Counted from the whole stretch's first letter, positions 1 through 11,444 are shown. The stretch: 62,837 nucleotides of DNA, filler included, from an uncultured bacterium (GCA_964449065.1; 5 parts of 5 records of this genome joined end to end with filler, not necessarily neighbours in it); one strand, 5' to 3'. Numbers and translations: made by a program. The notes: generated from the sequence alone by a model not told the origin.

Positions 1-44
1 TCCCCATGACGCAGTCGCGTCATTAGAGGTTTATTCCTCCCGAA

Positions 45-82
45 CCCTCACCCCGTCCCTCTCCCGGTGGGCGAGGGCGATA
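45..82 (+). repeat. REP-like palindromic repeat (CCCTCACCCCGTCCCTCTCCC..GGGCGAGGGCGATA)
   Basis: Hairpin; a close reverse-complement copy lies at 41949-41986. Confidence 0.75.
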
Positions 83-171
83 GATTCAGCGAACGATTAG
101 AAAAACGGGCATATCATAATGTAGTGCGTAACGTGAGTTATTTCATTGAAGCGGTATAACCCGCGGCTCGG

Positions 172-1827
172 TTAATCCCGTTTGAGATAGACCGCGGTTG
201 CCACTTCTTCTAATGTCGTGATGTCCTTTTGTAATTTTCTCATCCCATCCTGATGCAGGGTAATCAAATTTTTTCGCCTCATCATGTCCGTCATGGCAGT
301 GGGTGATTTTTCGACCATAATTAAATTCTGCAATTCTTCATCCATCGGCAAAATTTCAAACAACCCGGTACGGTCAACAAAACCGGTGCCGTGGCACCGT
401 TCACAACCTTTTCCATACGCCACCTGGGGTATATCCTCACGCCGAATGCCGTAATAATCCAGTTCTTCCTGCCGCGGGGCCCGCTGGGCTTTGCACTGTT
501 CGCACACCAACCGAACCAGCCGCTGCGACAAAACGGCCCGAATGGATGCCGCAACCAAAAAGGGATCGCAGCCCATCTCAATCAAACGGGTAAACGCGCT
601 GGCTGAATCATTTGTATGCAGGGTAGAAAACACCAAATGCCCGGTTAATCCGGCTTGCAGCGCGATTTCCGCCGTCTCGACATCGCGAATTTCACCCACC
701 ATGATGATGTTCGGGTCTTGCCGCAGCAACGACTGCAAGATTCGCGCATAGCCAAAATCATGATGTGGATTAATTTGAAACTGATTGATTCCCGACATCA
801 TCATCTCAATCGGATCTTCAATCGTACAAATATTGGTGCGGTCATCACGTAAATGCTGCAAGACGGAATACAACGTGGTCGACTTTCCGCTGGCCGCCGG
901 TCCGGTTACCAATACAACTCCATTCGGCGATTGCAATGTTTGCAAAAATGTGTCATAAACGGCTTCAGGCATCCCCAAATGGTTCAAGGGCAGCAGCGAC
1001 TCTTCCGGCGGCAGCAGCCGCAGCACGGTTTTCTCTCCCAACGCTCCCGGCAAAATCGAGACGCGTATATTCACAGGAGGCGTATCCAATTCCGAATGCA
1101 AAAATAAAAACGAACCTTCTTGCGGAGTGAAGTGGTTGGTGATATCGAGGTTCGCCAAAATTTTAATGCGGGAGATCACCGGAAACGTAATGTCCTTTGA
1201 CAATTCCCCGATGGTATGCAGGATGCCGTCAATCCGGATACGAATACGGCTCTCTTCATACGACGGTTCAATATGAATGTCCGAAGCCCGTTTATCCAGC
1301 GATTGCATGATGATCTGATCCACCGTTTCCACCGCGCGTGATTCGTCATCCCCAATATCCGCTTGAATTAAATTCATTGGCTGGCTGCCGGGAAACGCTT
1401 TTTGATATAGGTCAGAAAAATCATCCGGCGTCAGTAAAAGCTGCCGGATTTCTTTTAACGTTGTTTGGTGCAAATGGTCAACCGCCTGGCCGGATAACGG
1501 CTTTTTGGTCGCCACAACCATCTCGGTTTCATTGCTGGCAAACCCCACCGGGATAAACTTATGCCGCTTCGCGAACGAATCCGGAACCAAATTCAGCGCG
1601 TCAAAATCCCACTTCATTTCATCCGGACCAATGACTTTGGTCTGGCAAAACATGCCCATCAACTTCTTGATCTGATTTTTGCTGAGGTAATGCAAATACG
1701 TCCGGTTGGACAACATGGGGAAAGAAGCATCTCCATCCTGCCCGGCCGCCTGCAAAAATTCCGATAAGGTTTCCGGCGGCAATAGGTTTTGTTCCAATAA
1801 CACTTCACCCAACTTTTGATAAGCCAT
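172..1827 (-). CDS. GspE/PilB-family secretion/type IV pilus assembly ATPase
   Basis: Walker A GPAASGKS, TIEDPIE Asp box, LRQDPNIIMVGEIRD Walker B, TGHLVFSTLHTN His box, CxxC..CxxC zinc motif, ASDIHIEP. Confidence 0.93.
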   Translation of the reverse strand: MAYQKLGEVLLEQNLLPPETLSEFLQAAGQDGDASFPMLSNRTYLHYLSKNQIKKLMGMFCQTKVIGPDEMKWDFDALNLVPDSFAKRHKFIPVGFASNETEMVVATKKPLSGQAVDHLHQTTLKEIRQLLLTPDDFSDLYQKAFPGSQPMNLIQADIGDDESRAVETVDQIIMQSLDKRASDIHIEPSYEESRIRIRIDGILHTIGELSKDITFPVISRIKILANLDITNHFTPQEGSFLFLHSELDTPPVNIRVSILPGALGEKTVLRLLPPEESLLPLNHLGMPEAVYDTFLQTLQSPNGVVLVTGPAASGKSTTLYSVLQHLRDDRTNICTIEDPIEMMMSGINQFQINPHHDFGYARILQSLLRQDPNIIMVGEIRDVETAEIALQAGLTGHLVFSTLHTNDSASAFTRLIEMGCDPFLVAASIRAVLSQRLVRLVCEQCKAQRAPRQEELDYYGIRREDIPQVAYGKGCERCHGTGFVDRTGLFEILPMDEELQNLIMVEKSPTAMTDMMRRKNLITLHQDGMRKLQKDITTLEEVATAVYLKRD

Positions 1828-2025
1828 TTGTCACCCTTTCACCACTATGGGATCAGCGCGGCATAATTCGGAAATCATAAGTATTCTTGAATGGTTGTTC
1901 TGCTGATGAAAAAGATGCAATTTTGCATCAACGCATTGTTCGTTTGAGTACTGAAATCCATACATCAAATCGACAAACAAGCTTAACGTATAACAACCGG
2001 TTATAAACGGCAAACATTCACGGTT

Positions 2026-3516
2026 TTATGCAAGCACCGGTACCACAAAAGGCTCGCGGTAGTCCCGCGTTAAGAGTTTGTTGGCCTTTTCGCTATGCCC
2101 GCCAATAAACGTTTCTGAATCCGAATCAAATTCCAGCCAAGGACCCAAATTGATCGAATCATCATCCAATGGAATTTTATTCTTCTGTAAATGCTCTTTA
2201 AACCGTTCGAGCACAGCCATATAATCCGGATTGGTTTTGACGTGCGCTTTCACGTCTTCCGGATCAGCGGACTGTCCAACGCGGTAAGAGATGTTCCCCA
2301 AATGCGCCAAGGAAGTGGAAATATGCCCTTCCAAAATGTCTGTTTTCAACTCGCTTTGTTTGCCCGCTTGCAGCGCCTTGATGAAATTGGCATGAGGGTT
2401 ACCGTTTTGATGTTCGAATTTCTTGATTCGTTTTCCGTTATTGTCATAGGCAATGGTGTCATACAAATAGCCGCCTTCACATTGAATGACCCATTTGTTG
2501 TGCGGGCTGGTCGAATTGTGTTCGATGCGAATCGGTTTCCCTGTCGCTGTCACGCCAACAAAATCACTCATCCGCTGATCGTTATGGCCGCGCGGCAATC
2601 CCCGCGATTCATAAATAATCGGTGCCGAATCATACAAAAACACTGCCACCTGCGTGTTCGGGGTTTCACCATTATCGGTATAGCCATACCGCCCGCCGAA
2701 GCTCATCACTTTGCTTGGCAGCCCCTCTTCCTGCAAGACCCAGCGGCAGATATCCAGCTGATGCGGCCCGTTATTGCCGATTTCACCGCATCCCGTATCC
2801 CACACCCAATGCCAGTCGTAATGCAGCCGCTCGCGCATCAACGGTTTTTTCGGGGCGGGACCGCACCACAAATCATAATCGATGGAGTCCGGCACCGGCT
2901 GCGGTTCGGTGACATAACCGATGCTGTCCCGGCGCTTATAATCAAACGCCCGGACCATCAATATTTTCCCCAAATTCCCCTGCTGCACATACTCAACGGC
3001 CTCTTTCAATCCCTCATCCGAGCGCCGGTCTAAATCCGCCTGTACCAAACGGTTGTATATACGCGCGGCGTTGACCATCTGCCGGCCTTCAAAAATATTG
3101 TGCGAAACCGGTTTTTCGACACACACATGTTTTCCGGCCTGGCAGCCCCACACTGTAATGAGCGCGTGCCAGTGGTTTGGTGTCGCGGTTGATATCGCGT
3201 CGATGGAATCGTTCTCCAAAAGCTGGCGCACATCGGTATAGGTTTCGATGGGTTCATTACGTTTGTGGAATTCATCCGCTTCCCGCTTTAATATAGTTTG
3301 ATCCACATCGCAAAGCGCAATGACACGCGCCCCCTTGGCGTTGTTGTAATTGCGGATATGCCCTCTGCCCATGCTGCGAAACCCGATGACCCCGACATGG
3401 ATATCCTCATTCGCCCCCACAACCCGACTGAAGGGTGTTTGCAATGCAAAAGAAGATGCGGCGAAAAGAGACGTTTTCGTAAAACAGCGGCGGTTGAACG
3501 TTGTCGGCATGATCAT
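2026..3516 (-). CDS. Gfo/Idh/MocA-family oxidoreductase, probably Tat-exported
   Basis: N-terminal RRCF, VGVIG Rossmann start, ATPNHWH, GKHVCVEKP, YDLWCGPAP. Confidence 0.9.
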   Translation of the reverse strand: MIMPTTFNRRCFTKTSLFAASSFALQTPFSRVVGANEDIHVGVIGFRSMGRGHIRNYNNAKGARVIALCDVDQTILKREADEFHKRNEPIETYTDVRQLLENDSIDAISTATPNHWHALITVWGCQAGKHVCVEKPVSHNIFEGRQMVNAARIYNRLVQADLDRRSDEGLKEAVEYVQQGNLGKILMVRAFDYKRRDSIGYVTEPQPVPDSIDYDLWCGPAPKKPLMRERLHYDWHWVWDTGCGEIGNNGPHQLDICRWVLQEEGLPSKVMSFGGRYGYTDNGETPNTQVAVFLYDSAPIIYESRGLPRGHNDQRMSDFVGVTATGKPIRIEHNSTSPHNKWVIQCEGGYLYDTIAYDNNGKRIKKFEHQNGNPHANFIKALQAGKQSELKTDILEGHISTSLAHLGNISYRVGQSADPEDVKAHVKTNPDYMAVLERFKEHLQKNKIPLDDDSINLGPWLEFDSDSETFIGGHSEKANKLLTRDYREPFVVPVLA

Positions 3517-3684
3517 GCTCCCCTATTCAAGATGCTTGGCTTTTTTTGAACCTATCATAAAAACCAAAAAAATAATAGAGAAAATCCCAAAAACCGATTT
3601 ATTATATACACCTATAAGGGTATACTTAAAATTATTGTCTGTGTAACTTATAATGACTTGTATCTTTTCCCTTTGGAGTTGAGG

Positions 3685-4788
3685 ATGAAAAACCGCGTTT
3701 CTTTCTGTTTCCCATTCATTGCCGCCTTTGTCACCGCCTGTATGCTCATGGGCTGCCAATCGGTGAATATGGAAATGCCAACTTGGTTTGAAGACGAAGA
3801 AAATACCGTTACCGACCAACAGGATTTCACCCAGCAAGTTCAAGTCCCACCCAATTCAAACGTGTTGGAAATCATCCATTTCAACGGCAATGTCGAAGTC
3901 GAAGGCTGGAGCGAACCCTACATCCTCCTGCAAGGTCTCAAACGCGCCACCGGCGCCACAGTGGATGAAGCCCGCGGCAAACTCGAATTCATCAGCATCT
4001 ATCCCTACGAAAAAGCCCCTGACCGCTTGGTTCTGGAATACAACGGCCCTTCCACCGTTCTCAATCTGGGCCGCAGCAGCACCGGCATCGATGTAAAAAT
4101 CAGCGTTCCGCAAACCATGCCGGTGGAAATCAACTGCCGCCGGGGCGATGTGAAAGTCAGCAACATGCAAGCCAACCTGAAAATCGACCACCGCGACGGC
4201 GATGTGCATGTGCAAAATATCAGCGGCCAAACCGAAATCGAATCGCACGGCCGAAACGTGATTGTGAAAAACATAGACAAACGGGTCAACCTCAAAACCG
4301 TCAATGCCAACCTCAGTGTGGACACCGTAAACGACAATGTCACCGTCGATCATTCCAAGGGCGATGCCGGCATCAAAAACATCGCGGGCATCATTATCTT
4401 CTACGGCAACGAAAGCCAAATCGAAATCCAGGAAGTCCAAGGCAGAATCCAAGTTGAAAACAGCGGCGGTGATGTTGAATGCGATACCTTCCACAGCGGC
4501 GTTCAGGTGAATGTAAAAGACGGAACACTCCATCTGCACCCCAAAGCCGGCGTTTCACAAGGCTATACCTGCACGGTCGAAAACGGTGACTTAATCCTGC
4601 GTGCTCCCGCCGGTGCCAGCATGTTGGCCGAATTGAAAACCGAAGACGGATCAATCCAGTCCGACTTCAATCTGCCGGTTTCGGCAAATAAGGGCGTATC
4701 CACCGCAAAAGGCGCCGTCAACGGCGGCCAGGTACCGGTCACGCTTACGGTAACCAACGGAACGCTTTCTCTATTAAAAGAGCAGTAG
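3685..4788 (+). CDS. Lipoprotein with DUF4097-like beta-strand repeats
   Basis: ATG after GGAG/GAGG, lipobox LMGC, repeated GDVxVxNIxG motifs. Confidence 0.8.
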   Translation: MKNRVSFCFPFIAAFVTACMLMGCQSVNMEMPTWFEDEENTVTDQQDFTQQVQVPPNSNVLEIIHFNGNVEVEGWSEPYILLQGLKRATGATVDEARGKLEFISIYPYEKAPDRLVLEYNGPSTVLNLGRSSTGIDVKISVPQTMPVEINCRRGDVKVSNMQANLKIDHRDGDVHVQNISGQTEIESHGRNVIVKNIDKRVNLKTVNANLSVDTVNDNVTVDHSKGDAGIKNIAGIIIFYGNESQIEIQEVQGRIQVENSGGDVECDTFHSGVQVNVKDGTLHLHPKAGVSQGYTCTVENGDLILRAPAGASMLAELKTEDGSIQSDFNLPVSANKGVSTAKGAVNGGQVPVTLTVTNGTLSLLKEQ

Positions 4789-5000
4789 AAACAATTAATC
4801 GGCACGATTAATCGCCCTATTTATTTATCTTCTGTTAATCCTCGCTGGGGTTCCCGTCCCGTCTGGATATTCAAACCATGCCGGATAGAATCCATTATAG
4901 GGCGTGGTCATCATTATCCATTCTCCCTCAAGAGATGTTCGGCGTCAGGAAGACAAAGAAAGACAAGCATTGAAATCAATAAAAACCGGAGGATAGTCGT

Positions 5001-5795
5001 TTGGATATTCAAAAAACCGCCGATGAAATTCGCCCGCTGATCTACGAAGCCGGCAAAATCGCGATGAAGTATTTCAAGCAGGTCGATGTTGAACAAAAAC
5101 CGGATCAAAGTTACGTCACAGCCGCCGACCGTGACATCGAAGATTTTCTACGCGAGGAAATCCACAAACGCTTTCCCGATCACTTTTTTTACGGCGAAGA
5201 AAGCGGCCATCACAATCTACAAAACACCGAATACATCTGGGCCTGCGATCCCATCGACGGCACCGCGCCGTTTGTGTATGAACTTCCGGTTTGGTGCATC
5301 TCATTGGGGTTAATCCAGCGGGGCAAACGGCGGATAGGCTTTATCTATATGCCCGCCATCGATGAGATGTATTGGGCGGTTGAAGGACAAGGGGCCTACC
5401 GTAATACAAAACGAATTCATGTCCATGAACGCTGTGATATGAACCGCAAAAACAACTGCATCTTGATGCCGTCAAAGATTCCGCATGCGTATAATATTGA
5501 TTACATTGGCAGAATGCTTGCGCTTGGTTCAGCGGCAGCCAATCTTGGAATTGTTTCCGCCGGGAAAATTATCTGTGGATTGCAGGAACCCATCCGCCTA
5601 TACGATATCTGCGCAGGTGCTGTTATTCTTCACGAAGCCGGTGGAGTCATGCGCTACCTCAATAGCGGTGAAGAAGTCGATTTATGGGATCTCATCAACG
5701 GCAAGAAAACGCGGGAACCCTTTGTCTTTGGCTTGGAAGAAAATGTGCGGCAAATGCGGGAATTAATGCGGTATAAGCCAGAATTTGTAAAATAA
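5001..5795 (+). CDS. Inositol monophosphatase-family protein
   Basis: VTAAD, GEE, WACDPIDGT, YDICAG motifs; TTG start with GGAGG RBS. Confidence 0.9.
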   Translation: MDIQKTADEIRPLIYEAGKIAMKYFKQVDVEQKPDQSYVTAADRDIEDFLREEIHKRFPDHFFYGEESGHHNLQNTEYIWACDPIDGTAPFVYELPVWCISLGLIQRGKRRIGFIYMPAIDEMYWAVEGQGAYRNTKRIHVHERCDMNRKNNCILMPSKIPHAYNIDYIGRMLALGSAAANLGIVSAGKIICGLQEPIRLYDICAGAVILHEAGGVMRYLNSGEEVDLWDLINGKKTREPFVFGLEENVRQMRELMRYKPEFVK

Positions 5796-5957
5796 TACGC
5801 ATTTCAAATAAATGATGATTAAACAATACTCCTCCCCCATAGTCAAAAGGGGGACAACGACAGACTCCTTAACAATGGGGTTATGCATCCACCTACCATC
5901 ATGTCATTATTGACAGGCTACTAATAGTCTGACAGTGTCTTAATGCCGGGATGAATC

Positions 5958-6295
5958 GGGAGGAGGCTCCTGCCGAGCCGGAAGCACGCTTTTCCTCCCC
6001 AGTAATCAAAATAAAACCGGATGAAACTGGAAAAACTGGAAATACCCACGCTGTTATTCGCATGATTTGGCGTGCATTCGCGGTTGAAAAATGTGGTGCA
6101 GGCTTCCAGCCGGTAAATGGATGCGCAAGCCTTGGGAGGGCGAGGCTCCCGCCGAGCCGGAAGCACGCTTTTCCTCCCCGGTAATCACAAATAAAATCAG
6201 TTTGAAACTGGAAAAACTGGAAATACCCACGCTGTTATTCGCATGATTTGGCGTGCATTCGCGGTTGAAAAATGTGGTGCAGGCTTCCAGCCTGC
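5958..6295 (+). repeat. Tandem duplication of a 179-bp composite REP unit
   Basis: AGGCTCCYGCCGAGCCGGAAGCAC at 5964 and 6143; each unit also carries GTGGTGCAGGCTTCCAGCC and ATTCGCATGATTTGGCGTGCATTCGCGGTT. Confidence 0.9.
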
Positions 6296-6306
6296 ATAAG
6301 CCCTAG

Positions 6307-6376
6307 TCTCCCCCAAAGCATTTGGGGGAGATGACCGACGCAAGGAGGACAGAGGGGGTGGAGCTGCAGGCTCCAG
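6307..6376. repeat. CTCCCCCAAAGCATTTGGGGGAG palindrome plus AGGGGGTGGAGCTGCAGGCTCC repeat
   Basis: First half recurs at 25199-25215; second part matches the reverse complement of about 50406-50430. Confidence 0.7.
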
Positions 6377-6467
6377 GAGATTAGCGTCGTTGGGTTCCGC
6401 TTCAAACTCGATTACTTCGCGAACCCAATCGGAAATTGATTACGCAGCATAACCAGCGAGCGAAGTA

Positions 6468-6615
6468 ATACCAAGTTGCCTATAAAGAGTGAGGGATCGT
6501 TCACGCAAGCATACAAGATAAGGAAAATGCAGGGTGGACTCAAAGCGTAGTGTAGCCCACCATGACCATCTCTGCTCACTCGATTTTAACCAACATGCTT
6601 ATTGCAACCTGGTAT
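6468..6615. mobile_element. MITE family C with internal GTAG-type REP-like element
   Basis: Terminal inverted repeats ATACCAAGTTGC / GCAACCTGGTAT (11/12); right half recurs at 42358-42440 and inverted at 25020-25082. Confidence 0.65.
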
Positions 6616-6653
6616 AAGCCACTCCAGTTCTGGTTCGTTCATTTAAATACACG

Positions 6654-8669
6654 TTATGTTAACAGCGGGGCTAAAACCAGGCTGATGACCGCCATCAATT
6701 TGATTAAGATGTTGATGGATGGGCCGACGGTGTCTTTGAGCGGGTCACCAACGGTATCGCCCACTACCGCGGCTTTGTGGGTTTCCGAGTTTTTGCCGCC
6801 GAAGTGGCCTTCTTCAATATACTTTTTGGCGTTATCCATCGCCCCGCCGCTGTTCGCGGTTTGAATCCCCAGCATCACACCGGTCACCACAGCGCCCATC
6901 AACACACCGGCGAGCGCTTCCGCTCCCATAAAGAAGCCTACAACCGGTGGAGTTAATATCGCCAACGCGCCGGGGAAGAGCATCCCGTAAATCGCGCCTT
7001 GCGTGCTGATATCCACACACCGTACCGAATCCGGCTTGGCGGTGCCTTCCATCAACCCGGGAATTTCTTTGATTTGCCGGCGCACTTCTTCAATCATTTT
7101 ATACGCCGCGTTAGACACTGCCCGGAACAGTAGGGAGGAAAAATAGAAAGGCAGCATACCGCCTAACAAGAGACCGGCAACAACCTTGACATCAATTAAT
7201 GAAACCGCGCTTGCTTCCATGCCGGTAGAGACCAAGAAGGCGGAAACCAATCCGATCGCGGCAAACGCGGCTGAACCAATCGCGAATCCTTTGCCTATAG
7301 CCGCGGTTGTATTGCCAACCGAATCGAGATTGTCGGTGATTTCGCGAACTTCCGGATCCAGTTTGGCCATTTCCGCGATCCCGCCCGCGTTGTCTGCGAT
7401 CGGACCATAGGAGTCAACGGTAACAACCATACCGGTGGTGGCGAGCATACCAAGCGCTGCCATGGCGATGCCGTAGAAGCCCGCAACGTAATAGGCTCCA
7501 AGAATGGCTACCGCCAATACGATGATGGGGATCGCTGTACTTTCCATACCGACTGCGATGCCGTCTGTTACGGTAATCGCCGGGCCGCTTTGGGAGTTTT
7601 CGGCCAGTTTTTTCACCGGTTTGTAATCGGAAGAGGTATAGTATTCACTGACAAACCCGATGATAATACCGGATACGATACCCAGAATGGTTGCATACCA
7701 GGGAGATAAAACACTGTATTCGGTTCCTTCGACAGTCCAGGTTGATCCCATGAGATACACAGCCACTCCGCTGCCAGCAATGGCTAAAACCGCGCTGGTG
7801 TTCATCCCCATTAAGAGAGAACCTTGCGGATTGCTAGAGCCGAACAATTTGATAATAAAAATGCCGATGATCGATGCCAAAATGCCGATGGCGGCGATAT
7901 AGAACGGCAGAGCTTGCAGGGATTGATTGGCTTCCATGCTGGTAGAAACAACCGCCGCGATGGCGATAGATGCAATGATGGATTCGACATAGGATTCAAG
8001 CAAATCAGCACCCAGACCGGCGACGTCGCCGACATTGTCGCCGACATTATCGGCGATCACAGCGGGGTTGCGGGGATCGTCTTCGGGCATGCCGGCTTCA
8101 ACTTTACCGACTAGGTCGGCGCCCATATCAGCGCCTTTGGTGTAGATCCCACCGCCGGAGCGGGCGAAAAGGGCCATCAAACTGGCGCCCATCGCATAAC
8201 CGTTTACGATGGAGGTTTCTCCATCAAACATCCAATAAACAATGACCAAGCCAAGAAGCGCAAGGCCGACCACAGACATTCCCATAACAGCCCCGCCGGA
8301 TACGGCCACACTTAACGCGCCCTTTAAACCGTCATCCATAGCGGCTTGAGTGGTGCGGGAGTTGGCTTTGGTGGCGATGCTCATGCCGATGTATCCGGCA
8401 GCCGCCGACGCGATGGTCCCAGCCACAAATGCCACCGCCGTCTTCCAAGATAACAGCGGCACAAAACAAAAAATAACGGCAATGACAACTACAAACGAAA
8501 ATACCCAGGTATATTCGCGTTTCAAAAACGCGCGCGCCCCGGCTTGAATCAACGACGATAATTCCTGCATGGTTTCATTTCCGGGATTTTTGGAAATGAC
8601 CCCCATAGCAAAAATGATGACAACAACTAAGGCAAGAATCGCGGCTGCGGCAGCAAGGATGAGTTCCAT
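6654..8669 (-). CDS. hppA: Membrane-bound ion-translocating pyrophosphatase, K+-dependent type, probably Na+-pumping
   Basis: [57 protein letters not shown] (Ala marks K+-dependence), [10 protein letters not shown]. Confidence 0.96.
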   Translation of the reverse strand: MELILAAAAAILALVVVIIFAMGVISKNPGNETMQELSSLIQAGARAFLKREYTWVFSFVVVIAVIFCFVPLLSWKTAVAFVAGTIASAAAGYIGMSIATKANSRTTQAAMDDGLKGALSVAVSGGAVMGMSVVGLALLGLVIVYWMFDGETSIVNGYAMGASLMALFARSGGGIYTKGADMGADLVGKVEAGMPEDDPRNPAVIADNVGDNVGDVAGLGADLLESYVESIIASIAIAAVVSTSMEANQSLQALPFYIAAIGILASIIGIFIIKLFGSSNPQGSLLMGMNTSAVLAIAGSGVAVYLMGSTWTVEGTEYSVLSPWYATILGIVSGIIIGFVSEYYTSSDYKPVKKLAENSQSGPAITVTDGIAVGMESTAIPIIVLAVAILGAYYVAGFYGIAMAALGMLATTGMVVTVDSYGPIADNAGGIAEMAKLDPEVREITDNLDSVGNTTAAIGKGFAIGSAAFAAIGLVSAFLVSTGMEASAVSLIDVKVVAGLLLGGMLPFYFSSLLFRAVSNAAYKMIEEVRRQIKEIPGLMEGTAKPDSVRCVDISTQGAIYGMLFPGALAILTPPVVGFFMGAEALAGVLMGAVVTGVMLGIQTANSGGAMDNAKKYIEEGHFGGKNSETHKAAVVGDTVGDPLKDTVGPSINILIKLMAVISLVLAPLLT

Positions 8670-9204
8670 GACTTTCCACCTTTCAATATCAATAAAATTC
8701 GCGCAATTGTTCTGGATAGGAAAATTATAGTCCGTTCTGTTCAGCCGTTGAGGTTTACAAGCAAGAAAACATAAAATAGATAATTATACCATATTATCTC
8801 TTAATGATGGGTACTTTGCCCTGCAACCGCTGGTAAAACGTATATTAACTATAGATATATCAATGGTTAATATGCGGTAGAGAACCGGTTGCCTTTGTGG
8901 AAAATAAAATACTGAATCCGCTAACCATTTTATCAAATAGGCCGATGATAGTATATAATCTGAACGTTTTTATAAGATTATGATGACAGTATCGGAAAAC
9001 CATGTTATTCTTTAAAAAAATAAAGTACGGATATCAAAATAAATAAGTTAGCGAACATCAACTGAAAATTACAGTGAACGTCAAGTTCTTAAGTGCCCAT
9101 AAATATCAAGGTTAGTTATTGCTTTTTTATTGTGTTCATGTTAAGATGGTAAAAAATTTGATGTCATTTATTGTCAATAGACCATACTTTTGGAGATGGG
9201 CGCT

Positions 9205-11316
9205 ATGATGTTGCGTGAAAAACTGAGTGTAACCTTACTTTCTTTGGGACTGATTTTTTTTCTGATGTCCAGTGAACTTTCGGCTGCGAGCCGGTCTTCC
9301 GGGTCAAACACGTTGCAAAAAATACGTGTGGCGGATTATACGGATTTCTCACGAATTACGCTCGAATTCTCTCAAATGATTTCTTATTCAGTCTCAAAAG
9401 GAAAGAATTACATTCAAGTTCGGTTGGTGGGGGTAAATCCGGGGCATTACAATAAACCGGTCGAGGCGTTTGACAGTGTCGCGTTCAATACCATTACATT
9501 TCGCAAAGACCGTTCTTCTAACGTATTAACACTTTTTATTCCTGTTTTATCGAATGTAGACTTGGAGAAGATTCATCATGACCGGTGGACGGATATGATT
9601 ACCATCGATATGCCGTTCAAAACACCGAATCATACCTTGATTCCATCCGAACAAGAAATTTTGCAAGCAAAAAGAAACGGCCAAAAGGTGATCATCATTG
9701 ATCCCGGGCATGGCGGGTTTAACACCAATGCCATCGGTTCAAGATATTGCAAACGCCCGCATTTGGTTGAGAGTGAAATGGCATTGGATGTTGGAATTCG
9801 GCTTTATAATCTGCTAAAATCAGACCCCCGCTTTCTTCCTATCATGACACGTTATGGCGATTATCTGCCTGCCCCTTTCGGTGTGGAAGGCTCAACGAGA
9901 AATGCGTACAAGGACTACGCGCTGTTGAACCGGGTGCGATTGGCGCAGCAGTATCAGGGCGATTTATTTTTATCCTTGCATTTTAATGCCCCTCCCAGAA
10001 ATACATCCCCGTTAAAACCGCGTGGATTTGAAGTGTATTATATGGGGGAAAGCAGTGCGGCATGGTTGCAAAAATACTACCACCGCAAATACGATTCCGA
10101 GCGGATTCAAATCATGGGAATCAATCGCCGCAATGACTCAAATTTTTCAAATATCCCTCCACAAAACAAGGATCTTGCATTGTTGGTGACAGAAGAAGTC
10201 AAACGCTCTATCCCTCAATTACCGATGCGTGCCCGTACTCAAAAATCAACAGTAAACTTTATGGTGTTGCGGCATATTAATATGCCTTCCGTGTTAATTG
10301 AGATGGGGTTTATCACGCATCCCTCTGATCATGAAATCATACGAAGCGTATCCAACCGCCAAAATTTCGCGTCATCTTTTCATAAAGCGTTAGACAAATT
10401 TTTCTTCACCAATTCCAGCGATTTGGATCAATTGCTGATCGCGTTGAAATCCACACCAAACACCTCTTCCGTACCGGATGAAACCAGAGTGATTGCCGAT
10501 TTAGGTGTCGACGCGGAAGACCCGTCGGATTTGGACGCGCTGCGGGATCAACTGAAAGAAGAGACCGAATTTGACCGCGTTTCTGATACCGGAGTGAAAG
10601 AAAATAAGCAAGACATTACAAAAACAACAACAGATACAACAACAGATACGCCATCCTATCACACCGTTCGCGGCGGCGAATCGCTTCATACCATCGCGAA
10701 ACAATACGGCACAACCGACACATTGCTGCGGCAATTAAACCAGGAAATTGTGGGACGGCGAAACATCATTCACCCCGGGGATAAGCTGCGGTTACCTTCG
10801 GATGATATCGAATCTTCACAAACCGTGGCCGTCACCACACCGCAAGTGTATACCGTCCGGCGCGGTGATACATTGGAAAAAATCGCCCTGATGTTCAAAC
10901 TCACCACGCAGGAATTAAAGAGTTACAACCGCAAACGAAGCCATATGATTTACCCCGGAGATGAAATCAAGATTCCCTCATCCGCTCCGGCGGTGTTAAC
11001 CCATTACGTCAAAACCGGCGAGACACTGGGGATCATCGCGAAAGAATACGGCTTATCCGTCAACAAGTTAAAGCAATTAAACAACAAGAAAAGCAATTTG
11101 ATCTTTCCGGGAGATCAGCTGCAAGTCCCGGTTTCGACTGGAACTTCCACACAGTACGCGCAACCGTCATTTATTGAATACCGCGTGCAAAAGAACGATT
11201 CGTTGTGGAAAATCGCGCAGCGCTTTAACACCACGGTCAACGTCATCAAACAGGCCAACAACCTGCGCTCCAGCCGTTTGCAGCCGGGAATGATGCTGCA
11301 AATACCAGCGCAATAA
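9205..11316 (+). CDS. N-acetylmuramoyl-L-alanine amidase with four C-terminal LysM domains
   Basis: IDPGHGG, SLHFNA, LIEMGF amidase motifs; four YxVxxGDTLxxIA-type repeats; signal peptide; start codon uncertain (9196/9205/9208). Confidence 0.92.
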   Translation: MMLREKLSVTLLSLGLIFFLMSSELSAASRSSGSNTLQKIRVADYTDFSRITLEFSQMISYSVSKGKNYIQVRLVGVNPGHYNKPVEAFDSVAFNTITFRKDRSSNVLTLFIPVLSNVDLEKIHHDRWTDMITIDMPFKTPNHTLIPSEQEILQAKRNGQKVIIIDPGHGGFNTNAIGSRYCKRPHLVESEMALDVGIRLYNLLKSDPRFLPIMTRYGDYLPAPFGVEGSTRNAYKDYALLNRVRLAQQYQGDLFLSLHFNAPPRNTSPLKPRGFEVYYMGESSAAWLQKYYHRKYDSERIQIMGINRRNDSNFSNIPPQNKDLALLVTEEVKRSIPQLPMRARTQKSTVNFMVLRHINMPSVLIEMGFITHPSDHEIIRSVSNRQNFASSFHKALDKFFFTNSSDLDQLLIALKSTPNTSSVPDETRVIADLGVDAEDPSDLDALRDQLKEETEFDRVSDTGVKENKQDITKTTTDTTTDTPSYHTVRGGESLHTIAKQYGTTDTLLRQLNQEIVGRRNIIHPGDKLRLPSDDIESSQTVAVTTPQVYTVRRGDTLEKIALMFKLTTQELKSYNRKRSHMIYPGDEIKIPSSAPAVLTHYVKTGETLGIIAKEYGLSVNKLKQLNNKKSNLIFPGDQLQVPVSTGTSTQYAQPSFIEYRVQKNDSLWKIAQRFNTTVNVIKQANNLRSSRLQPGMMLQIPAQ

Positions 11317-11444
11317 CCAGGCAGAGATTCTTTTCACGATCCGCGGCGCTTGCACACTCTCGAACACCGCGGCGTTCACGCTATAATTCCTATTAGCAAC
11401 CATCCCTTTTGGATGACACCTCTTATTGTAACGAATTGATTCTT

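Noticed and set aside
5951..6184. Short ORFs in the 179-bp duplication
   Set aside because: They are translations of REP/MITE sequence with no recognisable protein features.
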